The notes below the pieces were generated by a model. The model was not told where the DNA came from and did not search any database. It was given only the letters and a program-made list of their open reading frames with translations. Source: Cereibacter sphaeroides 2.4.1 (lineage in GTDB: Bacteria > Pseudomonadota > Alphaproteobacteria > Rhodobacterales > Rhodobacteraceae). Taken from it: DNA of 32,000 bases. A program made the position numbers and the translations under genes. The stretch lies in contig NC_007493.2 of NCBI RefSeq assembly GCF_000012905.2, forward strand, positions 570,001-602,000, given 5' to 3'. Below are positions 8,445-17,712 of the stretch, one piece after another; positions within the stretch are counted from its first letter, which is position 1; every line of letters begins with the position of its first letter.

Positions 8445-9329
8445 GTGTCGCTCATGATGCAGTCTCGAATCGATCCGCTCATCGAAGAGCGTGCCCCCTG
8501 GCTCTTCTCCGGCCGTCCCCATCATGAAGCCTCGCGCAGACTTCTGTGCCGCGTTCTGGGCTACGACCGCACCGTCGAGATCGGAGAGCAGCTGAAGGAC
8601 GATCCGACGCCCGAGATCATGCGCCGCGTGGCGCAGATGATCGCGCGGGACGTAGAGGTCTCGGGTCTCGAGAACCTGCCGCGCAACGGCCCGGCGCTGG
8701 TCGTCTGCAACCATCCGACCGGCATCGCCGACGGGGTGATCCTCCACCACATCCTCGCGCCCCTGCGGCCCGATCTCTTCTTCTACGCCAACCGCGACAT
8801 TCTTCGCGTGCTGCCGCAGATGGAGGACCTGATCTGCCCGGTCGAATGGCGGCAGGAGAAGCGGAGCCTGCAGAAGACGCGCGAGACGATGGACTACACC
8901 CGCCGCGCCATCGAGGCCGGGCGGCTGGGCGTAATCTTCCCCTCCGGGCGGCTGGCCAAGCGGACGGGACTGAAGCTCATGGAGCGGCCGTGGATGGCCT
9001 CCGCTGCGATGATCGCGCGGAAGTTCGACCTGCCTGTGGCGCCGGTGAACATCCGGGCGCGCAACTCGACGCTGTTCTACCTCTTCGACCTGATCCACCC
9101 CACGCTGCGGGACATCACTCTGTTCCACGAGGTGCTGAACAAGCATCGCCAGCCGTTCCGACTGACGATGGGCCGGCCGATCCCGGCCGAGCGTCTGCCG
9201 TCGAAGTCCGAAGAGGGGATCGAGATGCTGCGCGAGGCGACGCTCGCGCTCGGCGGGCAATATTCGCCTGCCGTCAGCATCCTGCAGATGACGAGCCTGC
9301 GCGGCGCGCTCCGCTACGCACGCGGGTAG
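8445..9329 (+). CDS. lysophospholipid / 1-acylglycerol-3-phosphate acyltransferase (PlsC/LPLAT) family protein
   Basis: ORF 8418..9329. HX4D acyltransferase motif NHPTGIADG and FPSGRLA block. The preferred start is GTG 8445, with AGGAGG (8433-8438) 6 nt upstream. ATG 8454 is an alternative. Confidence 0.8.
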   Translation: MSLMMQSRIDPLIEERAPWLFSGRPHHEASRRLLCRVLGYDRTVEIGEQLKDDPTPEIMRRVAQMIARDVEVSGLENLPRNGPALVVCNHPTGIADGVILHHILAPLRPDLFFYANRDILRVLPQMEDLICPVEWRQEKRSLQKTRETMDYTRRAIEAGRLGVIFPSGRLAKRTGLKLMERPWMASAAMIARKFDLPVAPVNIRARNSTLFYLFDLIHPTLRDITLFHEVLNKHRQPFRLTMGRPIPAERLPSKSEEGIEMLREATLALGGQYSPAVSILQMTSLRGALRYARG

Positions 9330-9558
9330 GGGATCCCGGAGCGCGCGGCTGGCCGGACAGGCGGCCGCGCCTCCTCCCCACCCCTCCGCGGCCGGCAGGG
9401 AGCTGTCGCCGCTGCGTTCCGGCAGCCGCGGGCGGCCATTTTCCTCATGCTCCTGCAGTGACCGGAGGACCCGTCGCCGCCGCGTCCAACGGCAGGCGCA
9501 GGACGCCCCCTTCGTCATGCTCTTGCACGGCGGCGCGGGATGGCGTTCAACTCGCGCC

Positions 9559-10662
9559 ATGACCGGACCGCGCTACACCCCGCTCGTCGAGAGCCTGCCC
9601 TCCACCGTTCCCTTCGTCGGCCCCGAGACGCAGGAGCGTGCGCGTGGCCGCCCGTTCCGCGCCCGCTTGGGCGCGAACGAGAGCCTCTTCGGCCCCTCGC
9701 CGCACGCCGTGGCAGCCATGGCCGCGGCCGCCGCCGAGGTCTCGCTGTATGGCGATCCAGAGATCCATGCGCTGCGCACTGCCATCGCGGCCCATCACGG
9801 CGTGGCGCCGGATCAGGTGACGGTGGGCGAGGGCGTCGACGGGCTTCTGGGCAACCTCGTCCGGCTGCTTGTCGACGAGGGCGCGCCGGTCGTGACCTCG
9901 GAGGGCGCCTATCCGACCTTCGCCTTCCATGTGGCGGGGTTCGGCGGCCGCCTGCACAAGGTGCCCTACCAGGGCGATCACGAGGATCCCGAGGCGCTGG
10001 CGGCCGAGGCCCGGAGGGTCGGGGCCCGGATCGTCTATTTCGCCAATCCGGACAATCCGATGGGGTCGCACCATCCTGCCGCCTCCGTCCGCGCCCTGAT
10101 CGAGGCGCTGCCCGAGGGCACGCTGCTCGCGCTCGACGAGGCCTATGTGGAACTGGCCCCCGAGGGCACGGCGCCCGAGATCGCCCCCGAGGATCCGCGG
10201 GTGATCCGCTTCCGCACCTTCTCGAAAGCCTACGGGATGGCGGGTCTGCGCGTGGGCTATGCCATCGGCGCCCGCGACCTCATCCGCGCCTTCGACAAGG
10301 TCCGCAATCATTTCGGGGTGGGGCGGATCGCGCAGGCGGGCGCGCTGGCCGCGCTCGAGGATCGCGCATGGCTCGCGCATGTGCAGGCGGAGGTGCAGGC
10401 GGCGCGGGCCGAGATCGGCCGGATCGCCGAAGGCTGCGGGCTGACGCCGCTGCCGTCGGCCACCAACTTCGTGACCATCGACTGCGGCCGGGACGGCGCC
10501 TTCGCGCGCGCCGTGCTGACCGAACTTGTCGCCCGCGACATCTTCGTGCGGATGCCGTTCGTGGCCCCGCACGACCGCTGCATCCGGGTGAGCTGCGGCC
10601 GCGCCGAAGAGCTCAGGGCCTTTGCCGAAGCCCTGCCTCTGGCGCTGGCCGCCGCAGGCTGA
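9559..10662 (+). CDS. PLP-dependent aminotransferase, class I/II (histidinol-phosphate aminotransferase family)
   Basis: ORF 9517..10662, with the start likely at ATG 9559 (MTGPRYTPLV...). Motifs: LGANESLFGPSP, FANPDNPMG, and FSKAYGMAGLRVGY (PLP lysine). The length and blocks fit HisC-like enzymes. Substrate cannot be assigned from sequence alone. Confidence 0.85.
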   Translation: MTGPRYTPLVESLPSTVPFVGPETQERARGRPFRARLGANESLFGPSPHAVAAMAAAAAEVSLYGDPEIHALRTAIAAHHGVAPDQVTVGEGVDGLLGNLVRLLVDEGAPVVTSEGAYPTFAFHVAGFGGRLHKVPYQGDHEDPEALAAEARRVGARIVYFANPDNPMGSHHPAASVRALIEALPEGTLLALDEAYVELAPEGTAPEIAPEDPRVIRFRTFSKAYGMAGLRVGYAIGARDLIRAFDKVRNHFGVGRIAQAGALAALEDRAWLAHVQAEVQAARAEIGRIAEGCGLTPLPSATNFVTIDCGRDGAFARAVLTELVARDIFVRMPFVAPHDRCIRVSCGRAEELRAFAEALPLALAAAG

Positions 10663-10683
10663 CCGGCAACGCCGGGGCCGGGC

Positions 10684-11127
10684 CTATTCCGCCACGAGGC
10701 CGCCCCGCGCCGGGCCTACCGCCGGGGCATGGCCCTCCGGCGCCTGGACCGTCGGCGCTCGCCGACCGTCGCCACCGCGCGGCGTCAGGGTGGCCGCCAG
10801 TTCCGACGGAGCCGGCGTGCGTTCGGGCCGGAAGAAGGCGGGCAGGTCCGCGGGCAGCTCCTCGCGGGCCGGCGCAGTCGCAGGCGCGGCCTGTTCGACC
10901 GCGCGCCGGAAGATCAGCAGGTTCTGATAGGTGGTGGCCTTGCCGGTGAAGCCCACGCGTTCCTCGCAGGGCAGCGTCTCGGCGCGCAGATATTCCCATC
11001 CGTCGCGGCCAAGGTCGTTCATCATCTGGGTGAGGGCGTGGGCGAACCGGTCGGTGGCCGTCCTGGCCCCCTTCACCTTTTCGCCCTTCCGCGGGGCGGG
11101 AACGACCTTGTATTCGAATCGGGGCAT
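10684..11127 (-). CDS. DUF4177 domain protein with a Pro/Ala-rich C-terminal tail
   Basis: Terminal part of composite ORF 10684..12807, in frame. The ATG at 11127-11125 gives MPRFEYKVVPAPRKGEKVKGARTATDRFAHALTQMMNDLGRDGWEYLRAETLPCEERVGFTGKATTYQNLLIFRR, the DUF4177 pattern. Third-position G/C is strong throughout. Confidence 0.8.
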   Translation of the reverse strand: MPRFEYKVVPAPRKGEKVKGARTATDRFAHALTQMMNDLGRDGWEYLRAETLPCEERVGFTGKATTYQNLLIFRRAVEQAAPATAPAREELPADLPAFFRPERTPAPSELAATLTPRGGDGRRAPTVQAPEGHAPAVGPARGGLVAE

Positions 11128-11288
11128 GATGAAAATTCTCGCTGGCTGTCCCCCGAGTCTAGGACGGTTCGCGCATCTGCCAAGGGGCAAGGCGCGGAGC
11201 CGGCCCGCGCGCGCGGCGAACGGCCGAGCCGACCGCCACCGCGCCGAGAGGGTGTCGCCGGAAGGGCAGGGCCCTGTCCGGCTGCGGG

Positions 11289-12800
11289 TCAGAGCCCCAG
11301 CTTCTGGGCCACGATCTGGTTGACGGCGGCCGGATTGGCCTTGCCGCCCGTGGCCTTGATGACCTGACCCACGAACCAGCCCGCAAGCTTGGGGTTCGCC
11401 TTGGCCTTCTCGACCTGCGCGGGATTGGCCGCGATGATCTCGTCGACCGCCGTCTCGATGGCCCCGGTGTCGGTCACCTGCTTCATGCCGCGCGCCGCGG
11501 CCACCTCTGCCGGATCGCCGCCCTCGGTCCAGAGGATCTCGAACAGATCCTTGGCCATCTTGCCGGAAATCTCGCCCGACGCGATCAGATCGAGAACCCC
11601 GCCCAGCTGTCCGGCCTTCACCGGCGTGTCGGCGATGGTCAGGCCCTGCTTGTTCAGCCGGCCGAAGAGCTCGTTGATGACCCAGTTCGCCGCCTGCTTG
11701 CCGTCGCGCCCGCGAGCCACCTCCTCGAAATAGGCCGCCGCATCGAGTTCGGCCGTCAGCACATTGGCGTCGTAGTCGGTCACGCCATAGTCGGCCATGA
11801 AACGGGCCTTCTTCGCGTCCGGCAGTTCGGGCATCGAGGCCGCGATCTCGTCCACCCAGCCCTGTTCGATCTCGAGCGGCAGGAGGTCGGGGTCGGGGAA
11901 GTAGCGGTAATCGTGCGCCTCTTCCTTCGACCGCATCGAGCGCGTCTCGCCCTTGTCGGGATCGTAGAGCCGCGTTTCCTGCACCACCTTGCCGCCATCC
12001 TCGAGAATGGCGATCTGGCGGCGCGCCTCGTAATCGATGGCCTGCTGGATGAAGCGCATCGAGTTCATGTTCTTGATCTCGCAACGGGTGCCCAGATGCG
12101 AGAAATCCTGCGTCTCCTGATACTTCTCGTACTGTCCCGGACGGCAGACCGACACGTTCACGTCGGCGCGGAGGTTGCCGTTCTGCATGTTGCCGTCGCA
12201 GGTGCCGAGGTAGCGCAGGATCTGGCGGAGTTTCGCCACATAGGCCGCCGCCTCCTCGGGCCCGCGGATGTCGGGGCGGCTCACGATTTCCATCAGCGCG
12301 ACGCCGGTGCGGTTGAAGTCCACGAAAGAGAGATTCGGGTCCATGTCGTGGATCGACTTGCCCGCATCCTGCTCGAGGTGAATGCGCTCGATCCGCACCA
12401 GCCGCGCGATGCCCGGGGCCAGCTCGACCAGCACCTCGCCCTCGCCCACGATCGGATGGTAGAGTTGGCTGATCTGGTAGCCCTGCGGCAGGTCCGGGTA
12501 GAAGTAGTTCTTGCGGTCGAAGGCCGAGACGAGGTTGATCTGCGCCTTCAGGCCGAGGCCGGTGCGGACCGCCTGCGCCACGCAGAACTCGTTGATGACC
12601 GGCAGCATTCCCGGCATCGCGCAATCCACGAAGGAGACGTTCGAGTTCGGCTCGGCCCCGAAGGTGGTCGAGGCGCCCGAGAAGAGCTTGGCATTCGACG
12701 AGACCTGGGCGTGGATCTCCATCCCGATCACCAGTTCCCAGTCGTGCTTGGCCCCGGCGATCACCTTGGGCTTGGGGGCTTCGTAGGTCAGGTCGAGCAT
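11289..12800 (-). CDS. gatB: Asp-tRNA(Asn)/Glu-tRNA(Gln) amidotransferase subunit B
   Basis: ORF 11289..12800 (503 aa), starting [33 protein letters not shown] and ending in a GatB/YqeY C-terminal domain. GGAGGG lies upstream of the ATG. Confidence 0.95.
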   Translation of the reverse strand: MLDLTYEAPKPKVIAGAKHDWELVIGMEIHAQVSSNAKLFSGASTTFGAEPNSNVSFVDCAMPGMLPVINEFCVAQAVRTGLGLKAQINLVSAFDRKNYFYPDLPQGYQISQLYHPIVGEGEVLVELAPGIARLVRIERIHLEQDAGKSIHDMDPNLSFVDFNRTGVALMEIVSRPDIRGPEEAAAYVAKLRQILRYLGTCDGNMQNGNLRADVNVSVCRPGQYEKYQETQDFSHLGTRCEIKNMNSMRFIQQAIDYEARRQIAILEDGGKVVQETRLYDPDKGETRSMRSKEEAHDYRYFPDPDLLPLEIEQGWVDEIAASMPELPDAKKARFMADYGVTDYDANVLTAELDAAAYFEEVARGRDGKQAANWVINELFGRLNKQGLTIADTPVKAGQLGGVLDLIASGEISGKMAKDLFEILWTEGGDPAEVAAARGMKQVTDTGAIETAVDEIIAANPAQVEKAKANPKLAGWFVGQVIKATGGKANPAAVNQIVAQKLGL

Positions 12801-12968
12801 GGGTCATCCCTCCGGTCGCGGGCCCGTTCTAGGCAGGGAACCGCCAAAGGGCAAGTCCACCCCGGGCGGAGTCTCGCCGACATCCGATGGATTGGGTTGC
12901 CAGAATCCGCCGCTGACCGGCACAACCTGCGGGCCGCAGCGTAAGGCGGTGCTGAACAAGGTCTTCGC

Positions 12969-13565
12969 ATGAAGCTCCGCATGGTCCTGATCGGTCTGCT
13001 GCTCGCCCTGCCCATCTCCTGCGGTGAGGCGCGGCCCACGTCGGATGTCCGCAACTTCCTGCCCGTCATGCGGTGGGATCACCGGCCCGAAGCGAAGATC
13101 TGGACCGAGCGGACCCTGCTCGCGGTGGAACAGCGCGACGACTTCCTGACCGATACGGTGCCGCAGGACATCGGCACCTGGTGCCCGGGCTATCCCGACG
13201 CCACGCCCGAAGAGCGGCGCGCCTTCTGGACCGGCATCCTCTCGGCGCTGGCCAAGCACGAGAGCACCTGGAACCCGGTCGCTTCGGGCGGGGGCGGGCG
13301 CTGGATCGGCCTCACCCAGATCGCGCCGCAGACCGCGCAGGCCTACGGCTGCCGGGCTCAGAGCGCAGGCGCGCTGAAGGACGGGGCGCTGAACCTCTCC
13401 TGCGCCGTGCGGATCGCCGCGCGGCAGGTCGAGCGGGACGGTCTGGTGGCCGGCAACGGCACCCGCGGCCTCGGGCGCGACTGGGCGCCCTTCCGCAGCG
13501 CCTCGAAGCGGGCCGAGATGGCCGCCTGGACCCGCGCGCAGCCCTATTGCAAGGTCAAGAGCTGA
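12969..13565 (+). CDS. secreted or lipid-anchored lytic transglycosylase (SLT) domain protein
   Basis: ORF 12969..13565 (198 aa). N-terminal signal peptide MKLRMVLIGLLLALPISCG (the lipobox is imperfect). SLT-type motifs AKHESTWNP and IGLTQIAPQTA. Confidence 0.8.
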   Translation: MKLRMVLIGLLLALPISCGEARPTSDVRNFLPVMRWDHRPEAKIWTERTLLAVEQRDDFLTDTVPQDIGTWCPGYPDATPEERRAFWTGILSALAKHESTWNPVASGGGGRWIGLTQIAPQTAQAYGCRAQSAGALKDGALNLSCAVRIAARQVERDGLVAGNGTRGLGRDWAPFRSASKRAEMAAWTRAQPYCKVKS

Positions 13566-13568
13566 GGC

Positions 13569-13901
13569 TCAGCCGCGCAGGAAGCGGCGGCGCGCCTCTT
13601 CGGCCATCGCCTGCCGCATCTCGATCCGCGCCAGTTCCGCCATGGCCGCGCGCCGTTCCTCGGGATCGCTGATCCCCGCCAGCCGTGCGCGCTGTTCCGC
13701 GGCCTGCTTCTTCAGGACGATCTCTTCGGGCAGGACGCCCGCTTCCGCCATGATGCGGAAGCCCACTGCTTCGCCGGGGCTGGTGAAGGCCTCCGACGGT
13801 CTCTCGGGCAGGGGCTGACCCTCGCCCGACAGGCCCGAGAGCTGGCCCTCGGCCCGGGCCTTCAGCATCCGCCGTTCCGCAATCCGGTCGAGCCAACCCA
13901 T
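13569..13901 (-). CDS. DUF1992 (DnaJC28-like) domain protein
   Basis: ORF 13569..13949. The preferred start is ATG 13901-13899, with GGAGG 5 nt upstream, giving MGWLDRIAERRMLKARAEGQLSGLSGEGQPLPE...GFRIMAEAGVLPEEIVLKK, the DUF1992 pattern. The upstream TTG extension lacks an RBS. Confidence 0.75.
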   Translation of the reverse strand: MGWLDRIAERRMLKARAEGQLSGLSGEGQPLPERPSEAFTSPGEAVGFRIMAEAGVLPEEIVLKKQAAEQRARLAGISDPEERRAAMAELARIEMRQAMAEEARRRFLRG

Positions 13902-13949
13902 CCGCACCTCCATCGGGTCCAAGATCGGTCTCGGGCCCGTGTCAGGCAA

Positions 13950-13966
13950 GGGCGGCGCTGCCGCCC
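13950..13966 (-). terminator. short GC hairpin just downstream of valS (weak or partial terminator candidate)
   Basis: On the minus strand this reads GGGCGGC-AGC-GCCGCCC followed by TTGCC. It has a 7-bp stem, a 3-nt loop and only two Ts, and starts 14 nt after the valS stop. Confidence 0.25.
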
Positions 13967-13979
13967 CCGCCGGTCCCGC

Positions 13980-16943
13980 TCAGGCGATCTCGGACAGCCG
14001 GGCGAGGGCGGCCGAGAGCTTGGCCCCTTCCTCTTCCCCCTGTTCGAGCCGGGTGCGCGCCTCGTCCACCACTTCTTCCGGGGCCGAGGCCACGAAGTTC
14101 GGGTTGCCGAGCCGCCCGCGGAGGCCCGCCATGTCCTTCTCGAGCTTCTCGAGGGTCTTGGCGAGGCGCGCCTTCTCGGCGCCGATGTCGATCACGCCCT
14201 CGAGCGGAATGGCGAAGCTGCCGCCCTCGACCGCGATGGTGAGCGCCCCCTTCGGCGCGCTCGCCGCCTCGGTGAAGCCCTCGAGCCGCGCCAGACGCAG
14301 GATGAGCGCCTCGTTCCGCGCCAGCGCCTCGCGCCCGGCCGCATCCAGCGCGAGCTGCACGACCGGTAGTTTCAGCCCCGCCGGCACATGGACCTGAGCG
14401 CGGGCCGAGCGGATCTCCTCGATGAGCGAGATCACCCAGCTCATCTCGCGATCCGCCGCGGGATCGACCAGTTCGGCCCCGAAGGACGGCCAGTCGGAGT
14501 GAACCAGCATCTTGGTCCGGCTGCCCGTGGTGGCCCAGAGGTCTTCCGTGATGAAGGGCATGATCGGGTGGAGCAGGACCATGCACTGGTCGAGCACCCA
14601 GCCCATGGTGGCGCGGGTCTCGGCGGCCGCCTCCGTATCGAAGAGCGGCTTCGAGAATTCCACATACCAGTCGCAGACCTTGCCCCAGACGAAGGCATAG
14701 AGGGCGTTGGCCGCCGAATCGAACCGGTAGGCCGCCAGCGCCGCATCCACTTCCTCGCGCACGCGTCCCGTCTCGCCGATGATCCAGCGGTTGACCGTGG
14801 CGGTCGCGGCGGGCGGGGCGGCCTGCGTGGCGTGGCCTTCCCAGACGCCGTTCATCTCGGCGAAGCGGCAAGCGTTCCAGAGCTTGGTGCCGAAGTTGCG
14901 GTAGCCCTGGATGCGCGCCGTCGAAAGCTTCAGGTCGCGTCCCATCGCGGCCATGGCCGTCAGGGTGAAGCGCACGGCATCCGCGCCGAATTCGTCGATC
15001 AGCTCCAGCGGGTCGAGCACATTGCCGAGCGACTTCGACATCTTCTTGCCCTTCTCGTCCCGCACGAGCGCATGGACATAGACGGTCTTGAAGGGCACCT
15101 CGTTCACCACGGCAAGCTGCATCATCATCATCCGGGCGACCCAGAAGAAGATGATGTCGAAGCCGGTGATAAGCACGTTCGTCGGGAAGTAGCGGGCGAG
15201 CTCGGGCGTCTCCTCGGGCCAGCCCAGCGTGCCGATGGGCCAGAGCCCCGACGAGAACCAGGTGTCGAGCACGTCCGGATCGCGCCAGACGGGGTAGACC
15301 AGATGGGTCGGATCCTCGTTGAGGTTGTAGTCGGCCAGCGCCTGTGCCAGCCGGTCGATGGCCTCGGCGCGGCTCGCCACCTCGACCACGCGCGCATTGT
15401 TCAGCGGATGGGGCAGCGAGGCTAGATCGTCGAGGAACTTCTCGGACACCCCCTCGAAGTCGAAGGCGCAGTGATGCGTGGGATCGGCATGGTTGAACGC
15501 GCCGTCCTCGAGCAGCTCGAAGATCTCGACCTCGTCGAGCGTGTCGTCGCCGTCATCCTCGAAGCGGGCAGGCCAGATGTCGAGCCCGTACCAGACCGGG
15601 ATCTGGTGACCCCACCAGAGCTGGCGCGAGATGCACCAGGGCTCAATGTTCTCGAGCCAGTGGAAATAGGTTTTGGCGTCGCGCTCGGGCAGGATCTCGG
15701 TCCGGCCGGTCCGCACCGCATCGATGGCGGGCTGGACGATCTGGGCCGTATCCACGAACCACTGATCGGTCAGCATCGGCTCGATGGCGACCTTCGAGCG
15801 ATCGCCGTGCGGCACCATGTGCCTGTCCTGATCGATCCCGTCGAGCCAGCCCTGCTCCTCGGCCAGCGCCACGACGCGCTTGCGGGCCTCGTAGCGGTCG
15901 AGCCCGTCGAGGGCCAGCGCCTCTTCCGAGGGCGCACAGCCCTCGGTGAAGTCCGGGTTCTCGATGAGGAACATCGTCGCGCGCCCGGACATGACGTTGA
16001 TGGCGCGGAGGCCGGTGCGCTGACCCACCCCCCAGTCGTTGAAATCGTGCGCGGGCGTGATCTTCACGGCGCCGGTGCCCTTCGAGGGATCGGCATAGTC
16101 GTCGGCCACGATCGGGATGCGGCGGCCGACCAGCGGCAGGACCACCTCTTTCCCGATCAGGTGGGCATAGCGCTCGTCCGCCGGATTCACCGCGATGCCG
16201 GTGTCGCCCAGCATGGTCTCGGGGCGGGTGGTGGCGACGGTCAGGTAGTCGCGCTCTTCCCACTCTGTCGGGCGGCCCTCCTCGTCGAAGGCCACCGGAT
16301 GCCGGTAGGTCGCGCCATCGGCCAGCTGGTAGCGCAGGCGCCACATGTTGCCGTTGACCTCTACCTGCTCCACCTCGAGGTCCGAGATCGCGGTCTCGAA
16401 ATGGGGGTCCCAGTTCACCAGCCGCTTGCCGCGGTAGATGAAGCCCTTCTCATAGAGGTCCACGAAGACCTTCAGCACTGCGCGCTGGAAATTCGGGTCC
16501 ATGGTGAAGGCATTGCGCGACCAGTCGCAGGAGGCGCCGAGCCGCTTCAGCTGGTTGACGATGGTGCCGCCCGACTGCTCCTTCCACTCCCAGACCTTCT
16601 CGAGGAAGGCCTCGCGGCCCATCTCGCGGCGGCCCGGCTGGCCGGACTTCGCAAGCTCCCGCTCCACCACCATCTGCGTGGCGATCCCGGCATGGTCCTG
16701 CCCCGGCTGCCAGAGCGTGTCGAAGCCGCGCATCCGGTGCCAGCGGGTCAGGATGTCCTGCAACGTGTTGTTGAACGCATGCCCCATGTGGAGCGAGCCC
16801 GTCACGTTCGGCGGCGGGATCATGATGCAGAAGGTCTCGGGACGCGAGGCATTGGCCCCGGCGCGGAAGGCGCCTGCCTTCTCCCAGGCGTCGTAGAGCC
16901 GGGCCTCGGCCTCGGCGGCGTTGAAGGTCTTGTCCATCGGCAT
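13980..16943 (-). CDS. valS: valine--tRNA ligase
   Basis: ORF 13980..16943 (987 aa). HIGH-type motif [17 protein letters not shown] motif ([11 protein letters not shown]) and a C-terminal coiled-coil. Full-length class I ValRS architecture. Confidence 0.95.
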   Translation of the reverse strand: MPMDKTFNAAEAEARLYDAWEKAGAFRAGANASRPETFCIMIPPPNVTGSLHMGHAFNNTLQDILTRWHRMRGFDTLWQPGQDHAGIATQMVVERELAKSGQPGRREMGREAFLEKVWEWKEQSGGTIVNQLKRLGASCDWSRNAFTMDPNFQRAVLKVFVDLYEKGFIYRGKRLVNWDPHFETAISDLEVEQVEVNGNMWRLRYQLADGATYRHPVAFDEEGRPTEWEERDYLTVATTRPETMLGDTGIAVNPADERYAHLIGKEVVLPLVGRRIPIVADDYADPSKGTGAVKITPAHDFNDWGVGQRTGLRAINVMSGRATMFLIENPDFTEGCAPSEEALALDGLDRYEARKRVVALAEEQGWLDGIDQDRHMVPHGDRSKVAIEPMLTDQWFVDTAQIVQPAIDAVRTGRTEILPERDAKTYFHWLENIEPWCISRQLWWGHQIPVWYGLDIWPARFEDDGDDTLDEVEIFELLEDGAFNHADPTHHCAFDFEGVSEKFLDDLASLPHPLNNARVVEVASRAEAIDRLAQALADYNLNEDPTHLVYPVWRDPDVLDTWFSSGLWPIGTLGWPEETPELARYFPTNVLITGFDIIFFWVARMMMMQLAVVNEVPFKTVYVHALVRDEKGKKMSKSLGNVLDPLELIDEFGADAVRFTLTAMAAMGRDLKLSTARIQGYRNFGTKLWNACRFAEMNGVWEGHATQAAPPAATATVNRWIIGETGRVREEVDAALAAYRFDSAANALYAFVWGKVCDWYVEFSKPLFDTEAAAETRATMGWVLDQCMVLLHPIMPFITEDLWATTGSRTKMLVHSDWPSFGAELVDPAADREMSWVISLIEEIRSARAQVHVPAGLKLPVVQLALDAAGREALARNEALILRLARLEGFTEAASAPKGALTIAVEGGSFAIPLEGVIDIGAEKARLAKTLEKLEKDMAGLRGRLGNPNFVASAPEEVVDEARTRLEQGEEEGAKLSAALARLSEIA

Positions 16944-17061
16944 GTCGGGCCTCGCAGTTCGTTGCGCCCGGTCTATCCAAGCCGCGGCCCGAGGCCAAGC
17001 CTCATCGCGCCCGGGCCGTTGCGGTCGCGGTCGCGTCTCCGGCAGGCTCGGTAACTGCCCG

Positions 17062-17493
17062 TCACACGGCCCGGTCGATCCGGGTCGAGAGATGGATGAG
17101 GCTTTCCGAACTGCGGACCCCGGTCATGGCGCCCACCTCGTCGAGCACCTGATCGAGAACCTGCGTCGAGGGGGCCGCGATCTGCAGCAGCAGGTCGAAC
17201 CGGCCCGAGGTGGTGAAGACCCGCTCGACCTCGGAAATGGCCTTGAGCCGGGTGAGGATCGCCGCCTGCGTCCGGGGCTCGATCGTGAGCAGGACCGAGG
17301 CCCGGAGCCGCCCCTGCCGCGCCTGTTCGCCGAGCTTCAGCGTATAGCCCGCGATCACGCCCGAGGTCTCCAGCCGCTCGAGCCGGGCCTGGATCGTGGA
17401 GCGTGCCACCTTCAACCGGCGAGAGAGTGTCGCCACCGAGGTGCGGGCATCCGCCCCAAGGATGCCGAGAATGTTGCGATCAAGCTCGTCCAT
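17062..17493 (-). CDS. Lrp/AsnC family transcriptional regulator
   Basis: ORF 17062..17493 (143 aa). N-terminal HTH ([47 protein letters not shown]) plus a RAM/ASNC-type C-terminal domain. Divergent from the PLP decarboxylase gene. Confidence 0.9.
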   Translation of the reverse strand: MDELDRNILGILGADARTSVATLSRRLKVARSTIQARLERLETSGVIAGYTLKLGEQARQGRLRASVLLTIEPRTQAAILTRLKAISEVERVFTTSGRFDLLLQIAAPSTQVLDQVLDEVGAMTGVRSSESLIHLSTRIDRAV

Positions 17494-17494
17494 G

Positions 17495-17524
17495 CATTAT
17501 GCCTGAAGTTTTCGTCATTATGCC
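17495..17524. promoter_or_regulatory. two copies of CATTATGCC phased 21 bp apart at the lrp-type gene start (candidate Lrp/AsnC operator)
   Basis: Exact 9-mers at 17495-17503 and 17516-17524 in the most A/T-rich stretch of the window. The first begins 2 nt from the regulator's ATG. The 21-bp phasing equals two helical turns. Confidence 0.3.
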
Positions 17525-17612
17525 AACAGATCGCGGCAATTCAACACTTTTGATCGGTGGAATTGTGCCCCATTTGAGGCATCCTTCTTTGCAGGAAAAG
17601 GGCGGCTCATAC

Positions 17613-17647
17613 GCACCTGGCCTGGTTTGTCGAAACCGCGCAGGTGC
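17613..17647 (+). promoter_or_regulatory. nested hairpin in the putative 5' leader of the decarboxylase gene
   Basis: GCACCTG-gcct-GGTTT-gtcg-AAACC-gcg-CAGGTGC has a 7-bp outer stem and a 5-bp inner stem. It ends 66 nt upstream of ATG 17713. Confidence 0.3.
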
Positions 17648-17712
17648 CTCCCAACTTCCCCCCATGTAACGCGGGCAGAGGGCTTGCGTCTTGTTGGCCG
17701 AAAGGAACGCCG

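Noticed and set aside
9330-9558. 229-bp gap after the acyltransferase gene, with CCGCGGC...GCCGCGG arms and duplicated CCGGCAG followed by ATTTTCC.
   Set aside because: The stem encloses a 32-nt loop and the T-run is short and displaced. It is not a convincing terminator or RNA element without comparative data.
11108-11127. TTCGAATC, a tRNA T-loop-like string.
   Set aside because: It lies inside the DUF4177 coding sequence, encoding the FEY of MPRFEYK. No acceptor or anticodon stems can be drawn around it. I found no tRNA-like cloverleaf anywhere in the window.
12808-12968. GTTC-N8-GAAC (12826-12841) and GGATT-N10-AATCC inverted repeats, plus a sigma-54-like TGGCAA, in the gatB/SLT divergent region.
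   Set aside because: The GTTC spacing and orientation do not fit the direct-repeat LexA box. The sigma-54 downstream element (TTGC) is missing. The stems are only 4-5 bp, which is indistinguishable from chance.
13561-13573. 13-nt palindrome GCTGAG-G-CTCAGC formed by the convergent stop codons of the SLT-domain and DUF1992 genes.
   Set aside because: A 1-nt loop cannot form a stable hairpin. The symmetry is largely a consequence of two facing TGA codons flanked by GC. No function can be inferred.
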